Below are positions 30,066 through 40,555 of a stretch of 64,000 bases of DNA, one piece after another. The notes beneath the pieces are model-generated. The model saw nothing but the letters and a program-made list of their open reading frames with translations. It did no database searches and had not been told where the DNA came from. Numbering within the stretch: the first letter of the stretch is position 1; each line of letters begins with the position of its first letter. This stretch comes from an uncultured Poribacteria bacterium (lineage in GTDB: Bacteria; Poribacteria; WGA-4E; WGA-3G). The translations under genes and the position numbers were made by a program. The stretch covers positions 1,824,001-1,888,000 of the forward strand of contig OX638351.1 in the NCBI GenBank assembly GCA_951813565.1, in the 5' to 3' direction.

Positions 30066-30420
30066 CAATTCCGTCAAATCCGCATGCTTTAGCTTGTGGA
30101 TGTAGACGGGTAACCTGTGCTTGGGCATCACAGACTGCCAGCGAAATTGAAATAGGGGTAATCCCCAATCGTCCTAACCTTTCAAAGTCGGTGGATAGCG
30201 TCCATATCAAGCCAATGCAGCAAGGACTTATCGCGCGGCGTGCCTGGTAGAAAGGGCAGCTGTCCAATGGGTGGAACCAGAGCCAACCCACGACGTTGCG
30301 AAAAACATATTAAACAGGCGGCTAAGCCGCCTAAAGTGGAGCAGACGTAAGACGTTTCTTCGGAAACGCTGACTGCAAGGAAGCACAAGTCCCAGCCTTC
30401 AGGCTGTGGGTCACTATGAC
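30066..30420 (+). mobile_element. Non-autonomous IS200/IS605 mini-element retaining an omegaRNA-like right end
   Basis: Left hairpin tccgcatgctttagcttgtgga; 30336-30420 aligns with the right end of the element at 19929 and also ends TATGAC; no tnpB ORF. Confidence 0.75.
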
Positions 30421-30510
30421 TATCCGGTGGGCTAAAGGCCTACCGGGTATACAATTACAAAGTTATGAAAGTGTGTTTTTACGCGCACAGGAATCCATAG
30501 ACATCGCGCA

Positions 30511-31590
30511 TTGGAGATAGTTTCCGTGGAACTAAAAAAATTACGCGATCAAATTAATAGCATAGACGACCAACTTCTAAATCTTCTTCAAGAACGCGCA
30601 GAGATTTCCAAGAAGATAGGTTCCTTAAAAGCCGACACGGGGAAGGAAATTTATGTACCGCAGCGTGAGTACGAAATTCGTAATCGTCTAAAAACGCAGA
30701 ATCTCGGTATATATCCCAAAGATGCGCTTGACAAAATTTGGACTGAAATTTTTGCTGCTTCACGAGCCGTGCAAACCCCAAATAGGGTTGCTTTCCTCGG
30801 CCCATCAGGTAGTTTTGGACACACGGCAAGCCTATCGTTTTTCGGGCCTTTTGCTGAAATGATTCCGATCACTCCACAGATTGATATCTTTACTGAAGTT
30901 GAAACCGGACGCGCTGATTTTGGCGTGGTAGCAATTGAGAATTCAGTTTACGGCACTGTCCGGGACGTTTTAGAACGTTTTCAACACACATCTATGAAAA
31001 TCTGTGCAGAAATTTACCAACCTATCAGACACCATCTCATCTCAAAATTTCCGCTTCCTGAGGTTCAGCGTGTCTATTCCCACAGCCAACCCTTTGCCCA
31101 ATGTAGAATGTGGCTGAATAAATATATGAAATCAGTGGAACAGGTTGAAGTTGTCAGTACGTCTGATGCTGCACAACGCGCAGCAGATGAACCAAACGCT
31201 GCAGCAATCGCAAGTAAGCTGGCAAGTGAAATCTACGAGGTCCCTGTGATAGCGGATTCTATCATGGACGAACCGAATAACACGACTCGTTTTTTTATTA
31301 TTGGCGACCAAATAGTTGGCAAAAGTGGCAATGATTGCACATCTATCTTTTTTGCAATTAAAGACAAAGTCGGGGCATTGTATGAAATCTTGGGTGTCTT
31401 AGTAAAATATCAATTAAGCCTTAGTTATTTACAATCGCTTCCTTCGCGCACCGAACCGTGGGAATATATCTTTTTTGCTGATATTGATGGACATATTGAT
31501 GATGACAACGTTCATTCTGTCGTTGAACAGCTTGAGGATTTATGTCAGGATGTCAAAATCCTCGGTTCTTACCCACGCGGTGCAAAATAG
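30511..31590 (+). CDS. pheA: Chorismate mutase/prephenate dehydratase (P-protein); true start may be GTG ~30526
   Basis: LRDQINSIDDQLLNLLQERA, AFLGPSGSF, AIENS, NTTRFF, ACT domain, LGSYP. Confidence 0.95.
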   Translation: MEIVSVELKKLRDQINSIDDQLLNLLQERAEISKKIGSLKADTGKEIYVPQREYEIRNRLKTQNLGIYPKDALDKIWTEIFAASRAVQTPNRVAFLGPSGSFGHTASLSFFGPFAEMIPITPQIDIFTEVETGRADFGVVAIENSVYGTVRDVLERFQHTSMKICAEIYQPIRHHLISKFPLPEVQRVYSHSQPFAQCRMWLNKYMKSVEQVEVVSTSDAAQRAADEPNAAAIASKLASEIYEVPVIADSIMDEPNNTTRFFIIGDQIVGKSGNDCTSIFFAIKDKVGALYEILGVLVKYQLSLSYLQSLPSRTEPWEYIFFADIDGHIDDDNVHSVVEQLEDLCQDVKILGSYPRGAK

Positions 31591-31666
31591 CATTTTGTTC
31601 TTTACCTTAAAATGCTATTACGCTTTCTCTATTGAACAATTCCTTTTTAATTCCGAATAGAGAGCA

Positions 31667-32818
31667 ATGGCAAACACATTAACCCAACAAATCCAGACTC
31701 GCGCACACGAACTCGGCTTTGAACTTGTTGGGATTACCCCTGCCGAACAGAGTCAAACTATTCAACGTTACCGGCAATGGATTGAAAGCGGATATGCCGG
31801 GAAAATGGGTTACCTTGAAAGACACCTGCCACTCAAGGAAGATACCCGAAGACTTCTTGAAGAGACAAAATCCATTATTAGTCTGGCGATGAACTATTAT
31901 ACGCTGGATACACCTAAAGCATTAGCAGAAGATCCGAGTCGTGGACAAATATCTCGGTATGCATGGGGTGATGACTATCATGATGTCATTCGTGAACGCC
32001 TACTGCTACTTGTTGAATTTATCAAAAGCACTGCTGAAACTGAACTCAAAAGTCGCGTTTTCGTGGACTCTGGCCCGATTCTGGAAAGGGAATATGCCCA
32101 AAAAGCCAATCTCGGTTGGATAGGAAAAAACACCAATCTGATTAACTGGCGTTCAGGATCATGGTACTTTCTTGCAGAGGTGCTTGTGAGCATTGAATTG
32201 GAATCCGAAACGCAACCTTTCCGCGGCAGTTGCGGCACCTGCACAAAGTGTATTGAAGCATGCCCGACAGATGCGATTATTGAACCAAACTTGCTCGATT
32301 CAAGGCTATGCATCTCCTATTTGACAATTGAATTGAAGGATAGCATTCCGAAGGAACTCCGTCCCAAGATGGGAAACCTGATTTTTGGTTGCGACATCTG
32401 CCAAGAAGTCTGTCCTTGGAACAGCAAAGCAGTCCCCACAACTGAACCTGCATTTCAACCACGTGACGGAAACCTCGCCCCTGAGTTACTCACACTTATC
32501 GGCATGACACAAACTGAATTCAGCAAAAAGTTCAAAGAGAGTCCCATCAAACGCACTAAACGTAGAGGCTTTTTGCGAAATGTCATTGTAGCGATTGGAA
32601 ATTGGCGGTCTCGTGCTGCCGTGCCTGCTCTCAAAAAGGTTTTGACCGACGATGAACCCTTAATCCGTGAACACGCAGCATGGGCATTGGGGCAAATCGG
32701 TGGAAAAAATGCTAAGCAGGCATTACAAACGCAATTAGCGTATGAAAACGATTCTGAAGTTATTTCGGAAATTCAGGATGCGCTGCAAATCATTGCAGGT
32801 AGAGGGGACAACCCATAG
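31667..32818 (+). CDS. queG: tRNA epoxyqueuosine(34) reductase
   Basis: SRYAWGDDYH, VDSGPILER, GWIGKNT, CGTCTKCIEACPT, FGCDICQEVCPWN, C-terminal HEAT repeat. Confidence 0.96.
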   Translation: MANTLTQQIQTRAHELGFELVGITPAEQSQTIQRYRQWIESGYAGKMGYLERHLPLKEDTRRLLEETKSIISLAMNYYTLDTPKALAEDPSRGQISRYAWGDDYHDVIRERLLLLVEFIKSTAETELKSRVFVDSGPILEREYAQKANLGWIGKNTNLINWRSGSWYFLAEVLVSIELESETQPFRGSCGTCTKCIEACPTDAIIEPNLLDSRLCISYLTIELKDSIPKELRPKMGNLIFGCDICQEVCPWNSKAVPTTEPAFQPRDGNLAPELLTLIGMTQTEFSKKFKESPIKRTKRRGFLRNVIVAIGNWRSRAAVPALKKVLTDDEPLIREHAAWALGQIGGKNAKQALQTQLAYENDSEVISEIQDALQIIAGRGDNP

Positions 32819-32898
32819 ATGTCAATTGGGAAAGAACTATACGTTCACACATTCGGTAGGAGCGGTTTCCTAACCGTTCTGTATTGTCCTATAATGAA

Positions 32899-33930
32899 TT
32901 ATACCATCGAATTTTCGAGAATCTCTCCGTTATCAATTTCTCCACCAGTCTGCTCCAAATAGAGATGTGTTGTCAAAATAGCCCAGAGAGGTGTTAAAAA
33001 AGCAAAAATCAGGGTCTTAATAACAAGAATAATCCCAATTGTCCAAAACTGAGGCGTACTTGATAAAGCCAAATTTATATCCCCAATACCTAACAGTACA
33101 TTGCTATATAGCAGCCAAGCCTCAATACCTAAAAGGATACCAATAGATTTTTCAGAAAGCAATTCATTACGGATCGCCATAAACCCAGGTTCTACAATGG
33201 AGAGCTGGATAAGTGTAAAAGCAAATATCAAACCAGTAAGTACTCCGGATCCCCATACGAGCAACAGATACCGGACAAAAAAGCCCCACCATCTACCTCG
33301 AACAAGTTCACTACTTCGGCGAAACGCCTGAAGTGCCGTTAGGTTTTCAATGATGATGCCTTGATTGAAAAGACTCCACCGCACCATAAAGTAAGATATA
33401 ACAAAAATGAAAGCGATTCCAATCAGCAAAAATAAAGGAAAAGAATTAGTTGGAAGCACAAAAAATACAGATAGAAGCAGAAAACATATCCCAATGCATA
33501 GAAACCACACTAACAATAAGAAAGACGCCCCAAAAATAGAACCAATTCTACGGAGCGTCCGTTGCCAGACACTTTGGACTGATACATTTATACTATGGCA
33601 GCGGTGGAATGTTGTAAGGGCAAGAGGGCACATAGCGAACCAAAGAAAAATGGTAATGAAGGACGAAAATGTGAAAGTAAATGTCCAATTCTGCATCGAT
33701 TCGAAAACAGTAGTTACAGAAAAACCTTCTGATGTTCCTACAACCCATGATGTGTTCGGAAAATAGCGATAAAAACCGTTTAGCACCACAAAATCAATGA
33801 GAAAACTGAGAAGGATAAGTGGTATCATCACCTTCCAAAATAGCTCGAAATGTTTGCGATAAAAATTGAAGATACGGCTAAAAAGTTCAAGTATCCTCAA
33901 AGTGCGTCTGTTTTCTATTAATCCTATCAT
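32899..33930 (-). CDS. Multi-pass membrane protein (GPDPase membrane-domain-like), paralog 1
   Basis: YRKHFELF; IENLTALQAFRRSSELVRGRWW; hydrophobic helices. Confidence 0.7.
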   Translation of the reverse strand: MIGLIENRRTLRILELFSRIFNFYRKHFELFWKVMIPLILLSFLIDFVVLNGFYRYFPNTSWVVGTSEGFSVTTVFESMQNWTFTFTFSSFITIFLWFAMCPLALTTFHRCHSINVSVQSVWQRTLRRIGSIFGASFLLLVWFLCIGICFLLLSVFFVLPTNSFPLFLLIGIAFIFVISYFMVRWSLFNQGIIIENLTALQAFRRSSELVRGRWWGFFVRYLLLVWGSGVLTGLIFAFTLIQLSIVEPGFMAIRNELLSEKSIGILLGIEAWLLYSNVLLGIGDINLALSSTPQFWTIGIILVIKTLIFAFLTPLWAILTTHLYLEQTGGEIDNGEILENSMV

Positions 33931-33933
33931 CTT

Positions 33934-34893
33934 CTATCTTCCTTGGCGCGCCGCCATCATTTCAATATCAAATCCCTCTCTCTGAATACGCTGATTAAAG
34001 TAGAGGAGTGTAGCACCAATCACCCAGATAGGCATCGTTATGGTATCAATACCTAAACAGATCAGATGCATGAGTTGGTATGAAAGTCGGAATTCATTTT
34101 GAAAAACAGGGAGCTGCATAAGCCATACGGGTTGTATCACGTTCCTCAACTCCTCCAGGTTAGTGAGTCCTGCCAAAATAAACGAAAAACCGAAGCCAAA
34201 ACGAAATATAAAATTGACACCTAAATATAGCAGAAAAATTGCTGTCATTGTGCCAGTGATTTGCAACGACTTACGTCTGATTAATTCACCTCTACGCCGT
34301 ATACCGTCCCACATAGATTTTCTCTCTACTAAAACCGCACCAGCGAAGAAACACCAATGGCTCACAAAATATACTGCTGCAAAAATCACAACCCCAGAGG
34401 ATAGTAGCGAGAAAACGAAAGTTAAGAAGAAATTGAAGGGAATCTGGATAAAAAATCTGAAGAGTCCACTTAATAAAAGTCCTACGAGAGTTGAGGTGAT
34501 AATCGCGATCAATCCAAAAAGAAACGCATCGACAAAACATGTAATAAATTGGCGTATTCCCAGTTTTAGCACTGCCCCTGTTCTAATAGCACCATCAAGA
34601 TAGGCTTGAGCAGTTGCGGATATCAGGCCGCTTACGACGAAAATAGAAAGACCAAAAAGAAAACCTGTCGTTGGAATCCAGATTGCTATCCTCTCATTTC
34701 GCCCTACCGTATCGTCTAACAGACAAATTGAAAACCCGATGAGCATTGCGAGGAGATAGATTGAAGTGATTCCAAGAAATCGTAGGAAATGTGTCCGATA
34801 AAAACTAAACGTTACATCAAGAAGTTCACCGAAACCCATCGAACGTGGTATAGGAGAGGTGTTTTCAATTGTTGTCGGTGAGTCAATTCCCAT
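33934..34893 (-). CDS. Multi-pass membrane protein (GPDPase membrane-domain-like), paralog 2
   Basis: MGFGELLDVTFSFYRTHF; terminal LLYFNQRIQREGFDIE. Confidence 0.75.
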   Translation of the reverse strand: MGIDSPTTIENTSPIPRSMGFGELLDVTFSFYRTHFLRFLGITSIYLLAMLIGFSICLLDDTVGRNERIAIWIPTTGFLFGLSIFVVSGLISATAQAYLDGAIRTGAVLKLGIRQFITCFVDAFLFGLIAIITSTLVGLLLSGLFRFFIQIPFNFFLTFVFSLLSSGVVIFAAVYFVSHWCFFAGAVLVERKSMWDGIRRRGELIRRKSLQITGTMTAIFLLYLGVNFIFRFGFGFSFILAGLTNLEELRNVIQPVWLMQLPVFQNEFRLSYQLMHLICLGIDTITMPIWVIGATLLYFNQRIQREGFDIEMMAARQGR

Positions 34894-34901
34894 AACCTGT
34901 T

Positions 34902-35705
34902 CTACTCTGTAGGATTAAGCTGGTTAACATCCTTTTCCTGAACAGCTTTAGGAGATTCTGATGTCTTTAGCGCGTAGATTTCCTTTAGAAATTTATCGTA
35001 GCGAATATCACCACCACTTCCCATCTTTCCGGCAATCGGGGTGCCGATGCTCCTTGCGAGTTCATGACGACGAACTAAGGAAAGCGTGGGGCGACGGGAA
35101 AGAAATTCACGTATCATACCTAATTCCGACTCTGTTACCAACTCCAGCTGTATCCAGTCTGCATACAGAAATTCTTGCGGTGGAATGTCTATTGGGGGAT
35201 TTGAATCAACACCGGTCAATTTTCCTTTTTTCCGAGATGTTTTTACGACAAGTGTGCCTGCAGCCAAGTCGCCTAACCGTTGCCAATTTTTATTTATTAG
35301 CATCACAAACAACCCCGCACCATAGCAGAACGGCAGAAAATCAACGACCCGCACTAAATTACGGATTGCTGAATCAGCAAAACTAATCGGGTAACCTCCC
35401 TCTTTGATGACGCGTAATCCAAGTGCGATTTTCCCTGGTGATTGACCGTTCGTCGTAATCTCAAATACCATATAGTACCCCCAAAACAGCGCAAAAACAA
35501 CGATACCACCAATCGCGCCAAACCATTTTCCGAAAATGTCACCGAGTCTTGTAATAAATATGTTATTGACGTAAGAGCCGATAAGCATTATTAGCACGAG
35601 TAACAGTGTGTCAAGCAGTGCTGCATAGAAACGCGATCCGATTCCCGCTTTCTGATAATTGATGTCAATCTGTTCTGGGGTCTCTACTGATAATTGTTCG
35701 TTCAT
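34902..35705 (-). CDS. RDD-family membrane protein
   Basis: VETPEQI, AGIGSRFYAALLD, GQSPGK, RNLVRVVD, QRLGDLAAGTLVV. Confidence 0.92.
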   Translation of the reverse strand: MNEQLSVETPEQIDINYQKAGIGSRFYAALLDTLLLVLIMLIGSYVNNIFITRLGDIFGKWFGAIGGIVVFALFWGYYMVFEITTNGQSPGKIALGLRVIKEGGYPISFADSAIRNLVRVVDFLPFCYGAGLFVMLINKNWQRLGDLAAGTLVVKTSRKKGKLTGVDSNPPIDIPPQEFLYADWIQLELVTESELGMIREFLSRRPTLSLVRRHELARSIGTPIAGKMGSGGDIRYDKFLKEIYALKTSESPKAVQEKDVNQLNPTE

Positions 35706-35719
35706 AATATTTGTAATTG

Positions 35720-36541
35720 TTATTCCCAGCGCGCCCAAGCATTCGGGGTAACATAACCTTCATCAGAATAGGGATCATCACCAGAGACGACAACGACACC
35801 GCGATAATTACGTTGTCCCTTCCATCCAAGCCACGATGCTGTTGAACAGTAATGGCTTACAAGAACACGACGATAACTATCGCTTCTATTCTTTTTTGAG
35901 CGATGTAAAATGTAACCATTGAAAAAGAGAACGCTTCCTGCAGTCATCTCAATCGGGATTTCATCAGAATCGTCAAACCCCATCGCCTCGTGGCAACTGT
36001 CAAACTCTTCGCGTTTATTATGCGGGTGCCGATCGTAAATCACACCGGAACGATGGCTGTTGGGCAATACCCACAGACATCCATTATCAATAGTGGCATC
36101 ATCTAAAGCAATCCACGCGCCAACAAGTGAGCGGTCACGCGTTGGTATCGGGTGTTCGTCTTGATGCCACGGATTGCCCGTGTGTCCCGGCACCTTACCC
36201 AACATCATTGACTGCATACACTTAACACCGCCATCCCAAAATGGAATATGTGCACCGACTATCTCTTGGAGCACCGCACAGATTTTTGGATGCTCAACAT
36301 ATTGACGGACGAGCGGACTAAATGTGTGTGGTTCACCGACACACATAATCCGATCTAATATCTCAGTTTCTGTCGCATTTTCGGGCATTGGCGGAATCGC
36401 TTCACACTCATAATCGCCACGAAAAATTTTTAGCATTTCTGATTTTAACTCTTCACATTCTTGTTGTGTAACGAGGTCTGGGACTAATAGATATCCGTCA
36501 TTGATATACGATTCTGCCCAACTTTTAGATTGATCCGCCAT
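35720..36541 (-). CDS. Phytanoyl-CoA dioxygenase (PhyH) family protein
   Basis: WHQDE, WIALDDATIDNGCL, HRS..N. Confidence 0.92.
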   Translation of the reverse strand: MADQSKSWAESYINDGYLLVPDLVTQQECEELKSEMLKIFRGDYECEAIPPMPENATETEILDRIMCVGEPHTFSPLVRQYVEHPKICAVLQEIVGAHIPFWDGGVKCMQSMMLGKVPGHTGNPWHQDEHPIPTRDRSLVGAWIALDDATIDNGCLWVLPNSHRSGVIYDRHPHNKREEFDSCHEAMGFDDSDEIPIEMTAGSVLFFNGYILHRSKKNRSDSYRRVLVSHYCSTASWLGWKGQRNYRGVVVVSGDDPYSDEGYVTPNAWARWE

Positions 36542-36723
36542 TTACGTGAGCACTCCTTTTGTCTAATTTAATCTGTTTCTTCATGATACCACATCTTGAA
36601 AGACATGTCATATCAAATTCAGATAATTGGCAGAATATTTACATGCTGTTATATTAAGACTTCCTTGATATTTGCACGCTCACATGCTATCCTGTAAGGA
36701 CACTGCACACGGGAGGTATTGAC

Positions 36724-36948
36724 ATGTCAGATCAAGATTTCCGAGAAAGAGTACTTGAATCCTTGTCGCGGATTGAGGCACAAGCAAAAGAAAATAGTAC
36801 ACGTTTAGGAAGTTTGGAACGCGATGTAGGATGGATAAAAGGAAAGCTGGAAGGTAAGCAAGAAGGCAGCAGTAAAGTCCTGACTGTTCTCACTGTGTGT
36901 ACTGCTGTTGGTGCAGCGATTATTGCCCTTATTGCCTTGTTAACTTAA
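36724..36948 (+). CDS. Small coiled-coil protein with C-terminal TM helix (XhlA-like architecture)
   Basis: ggaggt RBS; heptad N-terminal region; hydrophobic C-terminus. Confidence 0.65.
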   Translation: MSDQDFRERVLESLSRIEAQAKENSTRLGSLERDVGWIKGKLEGKQEGSSKVLTVLTVCTAVGAAIIALIALLT

Positions 36949-37326
36949 GATTGCATCGTACGTTGGGTAGAGCGAAGCGAAACCCCATAAATCAACGCCA
37001 AATGCGCGTGTGGCATTTGTCGGGACTAAATGTGCGACAGTCTCAATCATCACGCATATTGAGAAGGATTCATAAAAACATAGATGTTTTCTTAAGTTTA
37101 CACCCGCAGCATGCCGGACGCGCATGCTGCGTTGATTTATGGGTAGAGCGAAGCGAAACCCAACAAATCCGCGAAATCTGTGAAATCCGCGCAAATCCGC
37201 GCTTCAGACAATCCCCTTGACAACGCCCCCCACACCTGCTAAAATACCCAATGTTGAATTTAACTTAGAACTTGCTGGAATGCGCGCTTAGAAGCGCGCC
37301 TACAGGGATTAGGGACTAATACCTGC

Positions 37327-40300
37327 ATGCCGCAACTCAACCTAAAACCGACCCACAAACCGATCAAAGACTATTACGCCACGCTGCAACAATACAGCGA
37401 AGCAAACATCACGCATGAAGGCGCGGTCAGTACACCTTTTGAAACGCTCCTCAATATATGTGCCAAACAGATAGATGCAATCTTCATCCTGCAATACGGC
37501 ATGGACACCGAAATAGGCAAACGTATCATCGTTGACGGCGCGATAAAAAATAACGGACTTTTCTTCGCCTATTGGGAAGCGAAAGATATAGACGATGATC
37601 TATCCAAAGCGGTGCATCAGAAACGGCAAGCGGGCTACCCATTCAACAATATCCTGTTTCAAACACCAGAACGCGGTATCCTGATACAGAACGGACAGAC
37701 AGCGCTTGATTTAGACATCTCCGACCCAGAAAACCTCATCACGGTGCTAAAACATCTGTTCGCATATACCACACCGACACATGAGGATTGGCACAAAGCC
37801 GTTGCCGATTTCAGAGCACACGTCCCTGACCTCGCAAACAATCTGATGGAACTTATTGAGCAGAGGTATGACAAAGATGCGGGGTTCAAAAAGGCGTTCA
37901 CTGATTTCTACGAAGTCTGTCGTACTGCCATCAACCCTAACCTCTCACGCTCCGCTGTTGAGGAGATGCTTATCCAGCACATCATCACCGAACGTATTTT
38001 TCGCACCGTCTTTGAACGCTCCGATTTTACCAGACGCAACATCATTGCACGCGAAATAGAAAATGTCAGCGATGCACTGATGCGGCACGCTGTCAGCAGA
38101 GATGCGTTCCTACAACCGCTCGACAGGTTCTATAACGCCATTGAAAAGGCAGCCACGCTCTTCAGAGATTTCTCACAAAAACAGCACTTTCTCAACACCT
38201 TCTATGAGAAGTTTTTTCAGGGGTTCTCCGAAGATGTCGCAGATACACACGGCATCGTCTACACACCGCAACCGATTGTGGATTTTATGGTGAAAAGTGT
38301 ATCGCATATCCTTGAAACCGAGTTCGGACGCTCGCTTTCGGATACGGGCGTGCATATTATTGACCCGTTTGTTGGCACGGGCAACTTTATCGTCCGACTG
38401 ATGCAGGACATTCAAGGCACAGCGTTAGAGGAGAAATATCGGCATGAACTCCACTGCAATGAGGTGATGCTCCTGCCATACTACATCGCCAGTCTGAACA
38501 TTGAGCAGGAGTTCTATCAGCGCACACAGACCTATCTGCCCTTTGAGGGCATCACGCTTGCGGATACCTTTGAACTGCTTGAAGACCAGCAGATGAAACT
38601 TTTTACACAGGAAAACACAGAACGCTTGGAACGGCAGAAGGCAGCGGATATGTTTGTCGTTATCGGCAATCCGCCTTACAACGCGGGGCAAGTTAATGAA
38701 AATGATAACAATAAAAATCGTAAATACGAAACGATGGATGAACGAATTGCCGACACTTATGCTATAGATTCAAGCGCGACGCTCAGAAATAAACTATACG
38801 ATCCTTACGTGAAAGCGATCCGATGGGCATCGGATAGAATTGGAGATGATGGTGTTGTTGCATTCGTGACAAACAATAGTTTTCTTGATGCTGTAATGTT
38901 TGATGGAATGCGGAAACATCTGGCACAGGACTTTGACGCTATCTACATTCTGGATTTAGGTGGAAACGCAAGAAAAGGATTGAAAATATCCGATGCAAAT
39001 GTATTCGGTATTCGGGTGGGTGTGAGTATCAATCTATTTGTCAAAACAAATCAGAATCCATTAGAGACAGCGCGCATCTTTTACTATCAAACCGATGACA
39101 AGTGGAACAAAAATAAGAAATTTGATTTTCTGAATGAAAATCAGCATACTGGCGATATTGAGTGGCAATTTATTAAACCTGATTCCCGGCATACTTGGCT
39201 TACCGAAGGACTCCACGCAGAATATGGCACCTTTGTACCTATGGGACACAAGGACACGAAAAAATTGAAGAATAGAGGCAAATCAATTTTTAGTCTCTAT
39301 TCTTTAGGCGTTGCTACAAACAGGGATATTTTAGCTTATTCATTTGATCTTGGTCTACTACAAAAGCGTGTTCACTCATTTATTGAAATATATAATACAA
39401 CTGTTGACCGTAAAAAAAGACACGACCCCAAAACACCTGTTGAGAGTTTAATTAATACAAATGACCCAAGCATCAAATGGACGCGTCAGGTTAAGGCATC
39501 ACTGAAGAAATTAGAATTAAGCAGCTATGAAGAGTCGCACTTTCGCAAGGCGTTGTATCGTCCTTTTTGTCAGAAATATCTTTATTTTGATAACTTCTGG
39601 AATGAGGAACGTTATCAACAGTATCGAATTTTTCCCACATCAGAGATCAATACAGAGAATCAAGTGATATGCGTTGGAGGATATGGTCGAAAGGAATTCG
39701 CTGTTTTGATGAGCACTTCTATTCCTGACTTAAACCTATATGGTGATCCGCATCAATGCTTCCCCTTCTACACCTACAGCGAAGACGGCACAAACCGCAA
39801 AGAGAACATCACCGATTGGGCATTGGCAGAATTCCGCAAACACTACGTCGATGACACCATCAGCAAGTGGAACATTTTCCACTATACCTACGGCATTTTG
39901 CATCATCCTGAGTATCGTGAGAAATATCAGGCGAACCTCAAGCGAGATCTGCCGCATATCCCGTTTGCACCAGATTTTTGGGGATTTGCAAACGCAGGCG
40001 CACAGTTAGCAGACATCCACGTTGCATACGAATCACAACCGAAATATGATGGACTAAAACAGATTGAAACACCAGATATACCGATAGATTGGCGTGTGGA
40101 GAAAATGAAATTGTCTAAAGATAAAACGCAGTTGGTCTACAACGATTTTCTGACAATAGACGGTATCCCTACGGAAGCTTTTGACTATAGGCTTGGCAAG
40201 CGTTCTGCGTTAGAATGGGTGATTGATCAGTATCGCGTGAAGGTGGACAAACGGAGTGGTATTGTGAACGATCCGAATCGTGCGGATGAACCGCGATATA

Positions 40301-40377
40301 TTGTGGATTTGGTTGGACGAGTTATCAGTGTTAGTTTGCAGACGGTTGAGATTGTGGCTGGTTTGCCAGAATTTTAA
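37327..40377 (+). CDS. Single-chain restriction-modification enzyme (type IIG/IIL-like) with type ISP-like C-terminal specificity domain and no helicase
   Basis: VDG...WEAK nuclease motif; GIVYTP, DPFVGTG, IGNPPY m6A MTase motifs; YRPF, YGILH..YR, SALEWVIDQY. Confidence 0.88.
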   Translation: MPQLNLKPTHKPIKDYYATLQQYSEANITHEGAVSTPFETLLNICAKQIDAIFILQYGMDTEIGKRIIVDGAIKNNGLFFAYWEAKDIDDDLSKAVHQKRQAGYPFNNILFQTPERGILIQNGQTALDLDISDPENLITVLKHLFAYTTPTHEDWHKAVADFRAHVPDLANNLMELIEQRYDKDAGFKKAFTDFYEVCRTAINPNLSRSAVEEMLIQHIITERIFRTVFERSDFTRRNIIAREIENVSDALMRHAVSRDAFLQPLDRFYNAIEKAATLFRDFSQKQHFLNTFYEKFFQGFSEDVADTHGIVYTPQPIVDFMVKSVSHILETEFGRSLSDTGVHIIDPFVGTGNFIVRLMQDIQGTALEEKYRHELHCNEVMLLPYYIASLNIEQEFYQRTQTYLPFEGITLADTFELLEDQQMKLFTQENTERLERQKAADMFVVIGNPPYNAGQVNENDNNKNRKYETMDERIADTYAIDSSATLRNKLYDPYVKAIRWASDRIGDDGVVAFVTNNSFLDAVMFDGMRKHLAQDFDAIYILDLGGNARKGLKISDANVFGIRVGVSINLFVKTNQNPLETARIFYYQTDDKWNKNKKFDFLNENQHTGDIEWQFIKPDSRHTWLTEGLHAEYGTFVPMGHKDTKKLKNRGKSIFSLYSLGVATNRDILAYSFDLGLLQKRVHSFIEIYNTTVDRKKRHDPKTPVESLINTNDPSIKWTRQVKASLKKLELSSYEESHFRKALYRPFCQKYLYFDNFWNEERYQQYRIFPTSEINTENQVICVGGYGRKEFAVLMSTSIPDLNLYGDPHQCFPFYTYSEDGTNRKENITDWALAEFRKHYVDDTISKWNIFHYTYGILHHPEYREKYQANLKRDLPHIPFAPDFWGFANAGAQLADIHVAYESQPKYDGLKQIETPDIPIDWRVEKMKLSKDKTQLVYNDFLTIDGIPTEAFDYRLGKRSALEWVIDQYRVKVDKRSGIVNDPNRADEPRYIVDLVGRVISVSLQTVEIVAGLPEF

Positions 40378-40395
40378 GATATTCGTTCCCCTGCT

Positions 40396-40506
40396 GTAGG
40401 GGCGGGTCTCCGGGGAATGCCAAAAGGCATTCGGACCGTTGATTTGGTGCCCGCCCGTTGCTTGGCACGTCCTATACAGTGGCGGGGCACAGAGACCCCG
40501 CCCTAC
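40396..40506. repeat. GTAG-type REP doublet with a 35-bp insert at 40412-40446; similar doublets at 41597-41704, 57298-57373 and 60417-60745
   Basis: gtaggggcgggtctc..tgcccgccc and inverted ggcggggcacagagaccccgccctac. Confidence 0.8.
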
Positions 40507-40555
40507 GATGTGATTTATGAGATAGGTTGTATAAATTTTGGGTAAGGATTAATTC

